From: a virus
Lineage: Duplodnaviria > Caudoviricetes
IMG/VR virus record: IMGVR_UViG_3300020718_000009
Coordinates: 1 to 64,000 of that record
Length of the DNA: 64,000 nt
Direction: 5' to 3' (one strand)
Shown: piece by piece, positions 21,601 to 29,701 of the stretch
Position numbering within the stretch: the first letter of the stretch is position 1
Layout of the letters: every line of letters begins with the position of its first letter
Made by a program: the position numbers and the translations under genes
Notes under the pieces: generated by a model
The model's database searches: none
What the model was told of the DNA's origin: nothing
What the model saw: only the letters and a program-made list of their open reading frames with translations

Positions 21601-22215
21601 GGTGGTATGAGTATTGGCAAAGGCATTTATGATTCTTTCAACCGCGAAGTTGAATCAATGATTAGTGAGTCATTACAAGTTAAATCTACTGTAGCTGAAA
21701 ATATGATGGGTGATGAAGATTCAATTACTATTACAGCTACTGGTAATGATGTTCATCGAATTAAAGAGTTGCTACAGCATATGGGTATTTCACATAACGG
21801 TGAAGCAGGGCACGAACACGGTGAAGAACCATGTGGAACTTGCGGTGGGATTCCTTGTCAATGCGATGAATTAGGACATGAACACGGTGAAGAATTAAAC
21901 GAGTTAACAGCAGAGTATCCAGGTGGTAGTACAAATTTTAGTACTGGCGAAGTTAAGGGTTCATATACTCCAGCTCCAACTAAAGAAGCAGTTGACGAAG
22001 CCGATGTAACAGTTGATGAAAATGATCCTGACTATCCTACTAATCAAGAATATGATGACGACGCACTACAATATAGCGGCGGATTAAATGGTCCAAAACA
22101 TGATGTAGCTGGCAATGGCCAAACAACTATACCTGTAACGGCAGTAAGAGTCAAAGAAGATGCTGAACGCAGTATTGTTGATTTATACAAAGCAATTGAA
22201 ACACTTTCAAAATAA
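18607..22215 (+). CDS. Large modular putative internal head polyprotein (glycine zipper, LysM, PG-binding, AT-hook, Cys motifs, duplicated module)
   Basis: LysM YTVVAGDNLTKIA...NPNLIHPG; PG-binding ADGIMGPATQAAIKQF; KRGRGRP; EGNAFTGKL.STPKGGKF twice. Confidence 0.7.
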   Translation: MNPFYKLNETLANIGKEQDKIAENVAKAKAAPKTPARITLEESLKQDLKSLMEDGTGGMNFSGSGSLEEDDGLEGIAKKHGMKYHRGTYGANMSHPTKGYVDINRYGEWSHHKQGNEFSGRGHGASTARGDSSQHFSDLDQHLSSLSEGEKWIQKATKPSTKGDLHKALHVPQGETIPKGKIEKATHSKNAHLRHMAQFAKNIAHEDAEMDEADTMTLEDACPVCHKEPCACKKGIPGNLPVKGKMDRLKGKRDFYEDQEMMNYLHKKANLIQEGPWGTGIGAGLGGLAGKAMGGWPGAAAGAAAGGIAGNAAGDYVGDKATAAGNFIGNAAQKIGQVAKGAYQGAKQALNPSAPVQAAPAAPQPYTVVAGDNLTKIAKQMKTTLPELLKANPQYQKNPNLIHPGDKVNPPAEGPPTPTGGGAKSDPAVLKQQQELIAKGAKIQADGIMGPATQAAIKQFGGGTPAPAATAPAGTPAAATSVDAAKASGAAMNAPAPAPAVNNGPWPAGSPQAAAYSKMSPEDQKWLGGADPTDAAILSRAPNGGKPVAAPTPAPAVPGVTAGGGVVDTRGGIAGQDEMEESKKYFKENARSKPYNGKANKANAYNGMEFEGNAFTGKLKSTPKGGKFSVGGKTYTDTSAIEEAMTRQHFRHTAELLKHIEDPAKRMELAKQHADMFKASNPRFNHDKFYKACGLDECGMYEDDMTDEGNAFTGKLHSTPKGGKFKLGNKEFTDTSDIDEGFAEMDAWLKQREAEKGTGKFDKRKTSTGTVYTRKPETFDEPEGDDDQPAVKRGRGRPSKAPQAHRFTKGAWKHKDPMANEDSEHGDSMTKNQIHTIRRAAKELEAVVQSDESVPEWVKSKITIASDYLKTVRDYLESNIERNIERATGEEGVTIGEKITKKTPAGEIISDFEKSKNPKFAGKSKEQRKTQALGAYYGMHPEKSKEESVKKDNRAERAGKKVTKDIEYDEKKGKKKEVDETTTSGSVSTSTGTPKKSSGGMSIGKGIYDSFNREVESMISESLQVKSTVAENMMGDEDSITITATGNDVHRIKELLQHMGISHNGEAGHEHGEEPCGTCGGIPCQCDELGHEHGEELNELTAEYPGGSTNFSTGEVKGSYTPAPTKEAVDEADVTVDENDPDYPTNQEYDDDALQYSGGLNGPKHDVAGNGQTTIPVTAVRVKEDAERSIVDLYKAIETLSK

Positions 22216-22227
22216 TAGGAAATAACA

Positions 22228-22725
22228 ATGAGCACGGCAAACGTTTACAGTGGAAACTTATCAAACTCCGTTTGGTATACAGATAAAGCAGAAATTGTAA
22301 CAGGATCTAATCCTGTTACATATAACGTATATGTGCTGTCAACCGTTCAACCTATAACTATTGGCGGAAGTACCACTAACGGAGCTAATGTGCTAACTAC
22401 TACGGCTGCTCGCCCAGATATGGCAAATGCTACAATAACTGGCACTAACATACCAGCAAGTACAACTGTAGCTAATATAACACCTGGAATTAGTTTAACC
22501 TTAAGTGCTAATGCTACTGGTAATGTTAGTAATGGAGTTTTTACAGTAACACTACCAAATCCAGGCAATTTATATGGCAACAGCAATCCTCAAGTGGCTG
22601 CTAATTCTCGTCAACAAATTTATGTTGGCGCAGGAAATTATTTGACAATTACAGGTGGCAATAGTACTACTCGTGAGATTGGAACAGCTAGTTCTGCTCA
22701 AGCGAGTGTGTTTAGTCAAGGTTAA
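22228..22725 (+). CDS. Small beta-rich virion protein
   Basis: T/N/G/S-rich; GTNIPASTTV...LTLSANAT insert typical of phage fibre/surface proteins. Confidence 0.55.
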   Translation: MSTANVYSGNLSNSVWYTDKAEIVTGSNPVTYNVYVLSTVQPITIGGSTTNGANVLTTTAARPDMANATITGTNIPASTTVANITPGISLTLSANATGNVSNGVFTVTLPNPGNLYGNSNPQVAANSRQQIYVGAGNYLTITGGNSTTREIGTASSAQASVFSQG

Positions 22726-22731
22726 TTTATT

Positions 22732-23100
22732 ATGCGAGCTCGCGAGTTTATTGCCGAGAATGCATCTAGTGAAACATTTTCCGTATCAGAGCGTGATGTC
22801 ATTCCAGACATGGAAAAATTTAATTCATTAGATAATTCTAATCCCTACGACATGTGGAGATTTATTGTTGCCGCCGCCGGAGAACCGTACAACGGTGATT
22901 CATTTCGCATGAAAAAATATGGCCCAACGGGACAAAAATTTGTCACAGTGGCATATACACAAGCTGATGCTGATATTATAAATGCTACTGCTAAAACTTT
23001 GGGAGTAAAAGGCACACAAATTACCACTAAAAATTCTGATGAACCACCAGATACTAATATAACCAGTCCAATAAAAGGATTTAAAGGTTATCCAAAATGA
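22732..23100 (+). CDS. MRAREF-family paralog 1
   Basis: MRAREFIAE...YT..D...SPIKGFKGYPK. Confidence 0.75.
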   Translation: MRAREFIAENASSETFSVSERDVIPDMEKFNSLDNSNPYDMWRFIVAAAGEPYNGDSFRMKKYGPTGQKFVTVAYTQADADIINATAKTLGVKGTQITTKNSDEPPDTNITSPIKGFKGYPK

Positions 23101-23465
23101 GAGCTCGAGAATTTATAATTGAATCACTCAGAGGCAAACCTGATGCACATTTTCTTCATGCCAATCCTGGAATGATAGCTCCCAAAAATATGGAAAATTT
23201 ATATAGAAGCCGTAGCTATGATGAGTATCGCATAGGCATGCTTACTGGTATGGAGCCAGAAGACCTTGAAAAAATGGATACAGATAGTTGGGCTGGAAAT
23301 AAACCTTTGTATACAGCTTATACTCCAGAAGAACACGATAAAATATTGCGAGCAATGAAAAAAATGGGTCACACAGCCGAACATCATGCTTATGTAGGCA
23401 GCAAAGAACATCCTGAAATTTATAAAACAAGCCCTGTGACATCTTTTAAAGGATACGGAAAATGA
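23097..23465 (+). CDS. MRAREF-family paralog 2
   Basis: MRAREFIIE...YT.EE...SPVTSFKGYGK. Confidence 0.75.
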   Translation: MRAREFIIESLRGKPDAHFLHANPGMIAPKNMENLYRSRSYDEYRIGMLTGMEPEDLEKMDTDSWAGNKPLYTAYTPEEHDKILRAMKKMGHTAEHHAYVGSKEHPEIYKTSPVTSFKGYGK

Positions 23466-23836
23466 GAGCCCGTGAATTTTTAAATGAATTTGGTATTCCT
23501 AAAATGCGTAATAATGTAGCAAACGCAAGTCGTAGTGTTCATTTGGCACGTGATCCTGATACAGTAGATAGAATATATCATCTAAATCGCATAGGAATGG
23601 CTATGGGTATGGCTGATGGCAAAAGCCGTGATCCAGTAGACATGGATGAAAGTAGCTGGGCAGAAAAATACAACACTATTCATCCTTACACTCAAGAAGA
23701 AGAAAATATGTTTTATCAAGCTATGGCTACAATAGGTACTAAACATAAAATTCTAGTTAGTGATAGACGTTCTTTAGAATCAGAGGAAATACATAAAGTA
23801 AGTCCAGTAAAAGAATTTAAAGGATATGGTAAATAA
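23462..23836 (+). CDS. MRAREF-family paralog 3
   Basis: MRAREFLNE...YT.EE...SPVKEFKGYGK. Confidence 0.75.
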   Translation: MRAREFLNEFGIPKMRNNVANASRSVHLARDPDTVDRIYHLNRIGMAMGMADGKSRDPVDMDESSWAEKYNTIHPYTQEEENMFYQAMATIGTKHKILVSDRRSLESEEIHKVSPVKEFKGYGK

Positions 23837-23839
23837 ACC

Positions 23840-24781
23840 ATGTGTGTAATTATTGCAAAATATTTTGATGACCATGGTTGGGTAGCAGTTAAAAATCGTG
23901 ATCGAAACTACACACCTGAAATTTCTTTCAAACAAAAAAGATCAGACGGAAACGAAATACTTTATTTCTGGGATGATATAACACAATACTGTGAAGGATT
24001 AAATGGCGCTGGTATTGGTGTACTATCTGCTAGTCTTATGGTGTTAGATGACGAAAAAGAAATTTCAGTTAGAACAAAAACACCAAGCAAAGATGGTAAA
24101 AAAATTAAAAAAGCATTGACATACGGCAATGTACAAGAAGTAGTTCGAAGTTTAATTGAAAATGAACTTACTGGAAATACAGTAATATTCGACAGAGAAC
24201 ACATGTATTTGTTAGAAGGTACTTGGATCGAAGGACAGTACGAAAAACGCGGTGGATATGAGCATCGTGTAAAAGAAATTCCAAAAAATCAAACTGTTGC
24301 CAGAACTAATCATGGTATTTGGATACCTTGGGCGGGATACCAACGTTGTGAAGAAAAAAATGAAACATTAAGTCGTATAAGTTCAGAAGCTAGATTGGCA
24401 CAAGCAGAATATGTAGTTAATATGGCTAGCACGCCAGAAGAAATGATGGACGGGTTATGCCAAATATGGATTGATGATCCACAATTAAATGCCATGCGTA
24501 CTAGTACAGAGGTTAAAAAAATGCGTACGACTGCCCAATTGATGATTATTGCCGAAGAAAATACTTTATATTGTCGCCCAATATCTAGTCACATAACTTT
24601 TGATTTTTGGCAATTTAATGATCCTGATGTTAATACCTGGGTTGAAATTATAAGTAATAGGGCATTATATCAAAAACAAAAACAAGGCGAACCTCCGTTT
24701 AAAGATGTTCATGCCAAACATACAATTGAAGAAGCAACTAATCATTTAGCTCGTATTATTGAACTTAGTAAAATTAAATAA
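23840..24781 (+). CDS. Ntn-hydrolase (peptidase C45/C69-like, N-terminal Cys nucleophile)
   Basis: MCVIIA, KNRDR, EGLN..G, RTNHG, S..R motifs. Confidence 0.7.
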   Translation: MCVIIAKYFDDHGWVAVKNRDRNYTPEISFKQKRSDGNEILYFWDDITQYCEGLNGAGIGVLSASLMVLDDEKEISVRTKTPSKDGKKIKKALTYGNVQEVVRSLIENELTGNTVIFDREHMYLLEGTWIEGQYEKRGGYEHRVKEIPKNQTVARTNHGIWIPWAGYQRCEEKNETLSRISSEARLAQAEYVVNMASTPEEMMDGLCQIWIDDPQLNAMRTSTEVKKMRTTAQLMIIAEENTLYCRPISSHITFDFWQFNDPDVNTWVEIISNRALYQKQKQGEPPFKDVHAKHTIEEATNHLARIIELSKIK

Positions 24782-24783
24782 AA

Positions 24784-25491
24784 ATGAAAAAATATATATT
24801 TTTAGCATTATTTTTATTGATGCCGCTATTTGCGTCTGCCCAAATTAATAAACAATGCCCACAATTTACTCCTAATGGAACCCCTCAGTATGTATCAAAA
24901 AGCGGCGACCAAGAATTATGTAAAGCCAACTATGCGGTTATACATCGATGTGCAACTAAAACGCCAATGGCTGTATTTGAACATTTAACCCAGGCAAATA
25001 TTAATGGACCGGCTAAAAGATTAAACAATTTTCACGAAGATCCGGCAGTCAGCGTCGCGTGCCGAAGTACACTTAAAGACTATGACGGTGCGCCATATGA
25101 TAAAGGCCATATGAGTCCTGCGGGTAATAACACAGTCAACGCTCAAATTATGACAGAGAGTTTTTTATTGTCAAATATGGTACCGCAAAATTCCAATAAT
25201 AATCGCGATATATGGCGTGAATTAGAATTTTGGGAACGTGGGTGGGCACTTAAAGGCGGCGATTTTTACATTATTTCCGGTCCAGTTTATGATCCCGGAT
25301 ACAAAACAATTGGAAATGGTTTAGGGGTTCCAACCCGTTTATTTAAAATTATATATGATAAAAGCACCAACAAAATTATGGCATATATGATGCCTAATAC
25401 TGCTCTTCCTGTCACAGATTTGTCAAAATATCAAACAACTGTATCTGCTATAGAACAAGCAACTGGTATGAATTTTGGATTAGGGCAATAA
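24784..25491 (+). CDS. Secreted DNA/RNA non-specific endonuclease (NucA/EndoG family)
   Basis: Signal peptide ending ASA; YDKGHMSPA, SF.LSNMVPQ...NR..W..LE. Confidence 0.9.
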   Translation: MKKYIFLALFLLMPLFASAQINKQCPQFTPNGTPQYVSKSGDQELCKANYAVIHRCATKTPMAVFEHLTQANINGPAKRLNNFHEDPAVSVACRSTLKDYDGAPYDKGHMSPAGNNTVNAQIMTESFLLSNMVPQNSNNNRDIWRELEFWERGWALKGGDFYIISGPVYDPGYKTIGNGLGVPTRLFKIIYDKSTNKIMAYMMPNTALPVTDLSKYQTTVSAIEQATGMNFGLGQ

Positions 25492-25507
25492 CAACATAAA
25501 TTAATAT

Positions 25508-27070
25508 ATGTCATTTGATGCTTCATCGTTAGCAAAATCTCCTCATAAACAACAAGTTTATACGTCCCAACAGTTGGCTGAATTTGCAGCTTGTACTGAT
25601 CCAATTAATGGACCAGAATACTTTATGAAGCATTTTTTCTATATACAGCATCCAGTTCAAGGACGACAATTATATCAGCCATACGAATATCAAGAGAGAT
25701 TAATTAACACATATCATAACTATCGTTTTGCGATTGCCATGATGCCACGCCAAACAGGTAAGTCAACATCAGCAGCAGGATATTTGTTATGGTACGCTAT
25801 GTTTGTTCGAGACGCCACGGTATTAATTGCAGCACACAAATATGATGGTGCACAAGAAATTATGACACGTGTTCGCTTTGCTTATGAAATGTGTCCGGAT
25901 CATATTCGTGCTGGAGCTACAAATTATAATAAAGGATCTATAGAATTTGAAAATGGATCCCGTATTATTTCAGCTACAACAACAGAAAATACTGGTCGTG
26001 GTATGTCTATATCATTATTATATGCGGACGAGTTTGCGTTTGTGCGACCAAGTGTAGCTCAAGAATTCTGGACTTCTATATCACCAACATTAACAACTGG
26101 TGGTAAAGCAATTATCACTTCCACCCCTAACTCAGACGAAGACCAATTTGCGTTATTGTGGAAAGGTGCCAACAAAATGGAAGATTCGCACGGCAATATG
26201 CAAGAAGTTGGCGTAAATGGATTTAGAGCTTTTCGCTCCTATTGGGAAGAACATCCGGATAGAGATGAGGCATGGGCCGCGGCTACTCGAAGTCAATTGG
26301 GCGAAGATCGTTTCCGACGTGAGATGAATTGTGAATTTATTATTAACGACGAAACGCTAATTGCCCCAACTAAACTTATAGAATTAGAAGGAATCGAACC
26401 AATACATAGAACTAGCCAAGTTCGTTGGTTTAAAATGCCAGAGCCAGGAAAAATATATTGTGTTGGGCTTGACCCATCGTTAGGTACTGGCGGAGATCCG
26501 TCGGCTATACAAATATTTGAAGCCAATACAACACAGCAAATAGGTGAGTGGAAACACAATCGAACACCCATTCCCGAGCAAATTCGTATCCTTGCAGACA
26601 TTGTAAAATATTTGTATGGTATTGTTAAAGACGAAAACTCAATTTACTATTCAGTTGAGAATAATAACATTGGCGAGGCCGCCCTCATTTCCATTGAACA
26701 GTTTGGCGAACAAAATATAAAGGGTTATTTCCTCTCAGATCCTACCAGAGGAGCCGGCAGGTACCGTAAAGGTTTCAATACTAGCCCAAAAAATAAACTT
26801 ACAGCCTGTGCTAAATTTAAAACTTTAATTGAGTCAGGAAAAATGAAGATATTCAGTAAACCATTGATAAGTGAACTAAAGGATTTTATAGCCCATGGAC
26901 TAAGCTATGCTGCTAAACCAGGCTCTTCGGACGACTTAGTAATGGCTACTTTACTGGTTACAAGAATGATGATATTGTTACAAGAATATCACCCTGAAAT
27001 GAATGTGCAAATGCGTGATTTTGGTGATACCATCGAAGCCCCAATGCCTTTTATTTCAACTATGTATTAA
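25508..27070 (+). CDS. gp17: Terminase large subunit
   Basis: PRQTGKS Walker A, LLYADEFAF Walker B, ITSTPN, GLDPS, DDLVMA. Confidence 0.95.
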   Translation: MSFDASSLAKSPHKQQVYTSQQLAEFAACTDPINGPEYFMKHFFYIQHPVQGRQLYQPYEYQERLINTYHNYRFAIAMMPRQTGKSTSAAGYLLWYAMFVRDATVLIAAHKYDGAQEIMTRVRFAYEMCPDHIRAGATNYNKGSIEFENGSRIISATTTENTGRGMSISLLYADEFAFVRPSVAQEFWTSISPTLTTGGKAIITSTPNSDEDQFALLWKGANKMEDSHGNMQEVGVNGFRAFRSYWEEHPDRDEAWAAATRSQLGEDRFRREMNCEFIINDETLIAPTKLIELEGIEPIHRTSQVRWFKMPEPGKIYCVGLDPSLGTGGDPSAIQIFEANTTQQIGEWKHNRTPIPEQIRILADIVKYLYGIVKDENSIYYSVENNNIGEAALISIEQFGEQNIKGYFLSDPTRGAGRYRKGFNTSPKNKLTACAKFKTLIESGKMKIFSKPLISELKDFIAHGLSYAAKPGSSDDLVMATLLVTRMMILLQEYHPEMNVQMRDFGDTIEAPMPFISTMY

Positions 27071-27092
27071 ATTAAAGTAAACTAAATAATGT

Positions 27093-29549
27093 ATGACGCC
27101 AAATAACGCCAATAAAAAACTGTTTGACTTGCTAATTAGCAAAAACTTTGACCCACAAGCACTAAACAATCAGGGCAAACCAGCCCCATCTCCAGATCAA
27201 GCAACACTTTTTTCGTTTGATTATAAAGGGCAATCTGGACAAGATTATGGCACAGTAGTATTGCAATTGGGTGACGATTTAGATGTTTATTGCGGCGATA
27301 ATATTGGTAAAGCAATGGAAGATCAAAAGGATAGAACTGAATGGTTTGATGACTTTTTGTATCAATTAAAAAATTGGTCTGTAAGAAATGTCCCGGGCAC
27401 TTTTAATTTAATGAATCTAAATAAATTAAAATACAGCATGCAAGGACAAGCAGCCATCAAAGAAGGTTTATTTGAAAGCTGGCAAGGGACAAAAAATACA
27501 TCATGGAATGGTGATGCTACACAAGCTCGCTTGATGATTAAACATAAAAAGAATTTAGGTGAAAACGACAAACGTTTTCGTTATATTGAATCATTGTTTA
27601 TTGAAACTCAAGATGGAGAAAGATTTAAATTACCATTTTTAAAATTATCTGCCGGACGTGCCATGCTAGAGCATGTTAAACAAGGCGGAAAACCTTATGA
27701 TATTCGGGGCCAACATATTGTTACTATTGTAAGTGAAATGAATTTGCTAAGTCGTTTCCGTCGAGCCAATCACGGAAAAATATTTGAAGGCGAAACGCAA
27801 CAGTTAGTAGAACAAGCCACACATTATTACGAAACATTACAAAATACTTTAAAAAGTTTAAGCACAAAAAACGGATACGGAAAATATTTCGAGGGATGGG
27901 ATCCGGCTGCTCTTACTGATGAAGATGTTATAATTGAAGATTTACGTCACATGTTTATAGAACAAAACATTGACAGTCGTATTGAACAAGCATTGCCATT
28001 ACTGGCAAAATTACAAAAGGAAAATGCTATGAAAGAAGCTAACATATTTGAAGATTGGGCTAATCTTATTATTGAAGGTACTTGGGAAATACCCGATACT
28101 AAAGAAAAACAAAATGATTTGATAAAATTGTTAAGCAAAGAATTGCCAGTTGGTGCCGATGCTACTAATGCCACAGAACAATTATATAATTTGTTGGGCG
28201 ACGACGAATTATTCGATCGTTTAGAAGAATTAGCTGAAGAAGATGCTGATGCAGATGGGCGTAAAATTATACTAGCTCGCTTAGAAGAATTAAAAAGTAA
28301 TCCTGATATAGCAGAAGTTATTGGAAAAATTAAAACATCTCCTACTCCGCCTCCAGAAGATTTTTGGAATAGCCCTACTGACGACTCAAGTATCGAAGAT
28401 CCAAACGCTACCGCACAGCCGCCGGCAGATGCTCCAGCACAACCTCAACCGCCAGCACAACCCCCTGTGGCAGAAAATGAAATGGGTGAGGATAAATTTG
28501 AAATGGAAAGCATTTGCAAATTAGCTGGAGTAGCAGTTTTAAAAGAATCTGCTATGAGCGAAGTAGATATTCTACTACAAGACATAGCTCGCGGTGATGT
28601 TGACATTTATAATGTTTATGCCAATCCAAAAACAAATGTGGAAAAATTTGTTTCAGACCAAATACATGAAAAAGTTGATAACCTTATGATTGACGCAGGA
28701 TATCATAAAGATGATATAGAAGAAATGTTGCAAATCATTCACGATGAGTTAGCCAAAGATTATGGCACAGAACAAACTGACGAAACTGATATGGGCAAAA
28801 CTATCGGATCAACGGCCGGAGAAATTATAGGCGGAATGGCAGGTTCCAGAATGGGGCAACCTGTCGCAGGTGCTGCCGCAGGATCGGCAATTGGCGGACA
28901 TATTGGCGATAAAATTAGTGACATGATGTCTGATGACGAAGAAGCATTAGATGAAAATAATCAACAGTTATACAGAATAAAAGAAATGGCTGGGATAACT
29001 AATGAAGGGCCTATAGGACAGCATCTTGGTAAATTGGCCGGCGAATTTATTGCTGGTGGTCCAGAAGATCCCTTAGCCCCGCATTTTGCAAAAATTGGTG
29101 CACATTATGGCGAAAAATTAGGCACTAAGATATCTGACCATTTTTTAAATAATATATTACCTAAATTACAAGATAAAATAAAAAATAAACTTGTTAAAAA
29201 AAATCAACCAACTGAAGAAGGAATTATAGGTAAGAGCCTTGGTGCTGCCGCTGGTGAATTAGTGGCTTTAGGACCTGAAAATCCATTATCATTTATTACA
29301 GCACCAGCCGGGGCTTACATTGGTGACAAAATAGGCGATAAGGTTAGCGATATGTTTTCGCGTAGCAGTGATGATAGCGACACGCAAGATGAGGTAGAAA
29401 CAGTAGCCGAAGGTAAAATGAAAGAAGAATCTGGTGACCGTACTCCGCTTGCAGGACAATATGGTCATTCTGGTAAACTTCAAACAGTTGATGGGATTGA
29501 TCAAGACATGATGGATCGTATTAAATTCTTAGCAGGTATTACAAAGTAA
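27093..29549 (+). CDS. Large acidic putative head/core protein with three glycine-zipper modules and repeated RIKxLAG motif
   Basis: Late promoter at 27083; motifs read from the translation. Confidence 0.65.
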   Translation: MTPNNANKKLFDLLISKNFDPQALNNQGKPAPSPDQATLFSFDYKGQSGQDYGTVVLQLGDDLDVYCGDNIGKAMEDQKDRTEWFDDFLYQLKNWSVRNVPGTFNLMNLNKLKYSMQGQAAIKEGLFESWQGTKNTSWNGDATQARLMIKHKKNLGENDKRFRYIESLFIETQDGERFKLPFLKLSAGRAMLEHVKQGGKPYDIRGQHIVTIVSEMNLLSRFRRANHGKIFEGETQQLVEQATHYYETLQNTLKSLSTKNGYGKYFEGWDPAALTDEDVIIEDLRHMFIEQNIDSRIEQALPLLAKLQKENAMKEANIFEDWANLIIEGTWEIPDTKEKQNDLIKLLSKELPVGADATNATEQLYNLLGDDELFDRLEELAEEDADADGRKIILARLEELKSNPDIAEVIGKIKTSPTPPPEDFWNSPTDDSSIEDPNATAQPPADAPAQPQPPAQPPVAENEMGEDKFEMESICKLAGVAVLKESAMSEVDILLQDIARGDVDIYNVYANPKTNVEKFVSDQIHEKVDNLMIDAGYHKDDIEEMLQIIHDELAKDYGTEQTDETDMGKTIGSTAGEIIGGMAGSRMGQPVAGAAAGSAIGGHIGDKISDMMSDDEEALDENNQQLYRIKEMAGITNEGPIGQHLGKLAGEFIAGGPEDPLAPHFAKIGAHYGEKLGTKISDHFLNNILPKLQDKIKNKLVKKNQPTEEGIIGKSLGAAAGELVALGPENPLSFITAPAGAYIGDKIGDKVSDMFSRSSDDSDTQDEVETVAEGKMKEESGDRTPLAGQYGHSGKLQTVDGIDQDMMDRIKFLAGITK

Positions 29550-29569
29550 CATAAATAAACATACAATAA

Positions 29570-29596
29570 AAAACGGTTAATCTAATTAACCGTTTT
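29570..29596. terminator. Inverted repeat, possibly bidirectional terminator
   Basis: AAAACGGTTAAT-CTA-ATTAACCGTTTT. Confidence 0.6.
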
Positions 29597-29598
29597 AG

Positions 29599-29627
29599 TT
29601 GTAAACACAGACCTAGATGTGTATAAT
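29599..29627 (+). promoter_or_regulatory. Sigma70-type promoter of gene 32
   Basis: TTGTAA-17-TATAAT with TG upstream of -10. Confidence 0.7.
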
Positions 29628-29701
29628 AGCTAGGCAAGCAACGTAATTTAATCTAGTAATATAGATAGGCAACACATTTTAAAACTTGAAAGGCAACTAA
29701 A

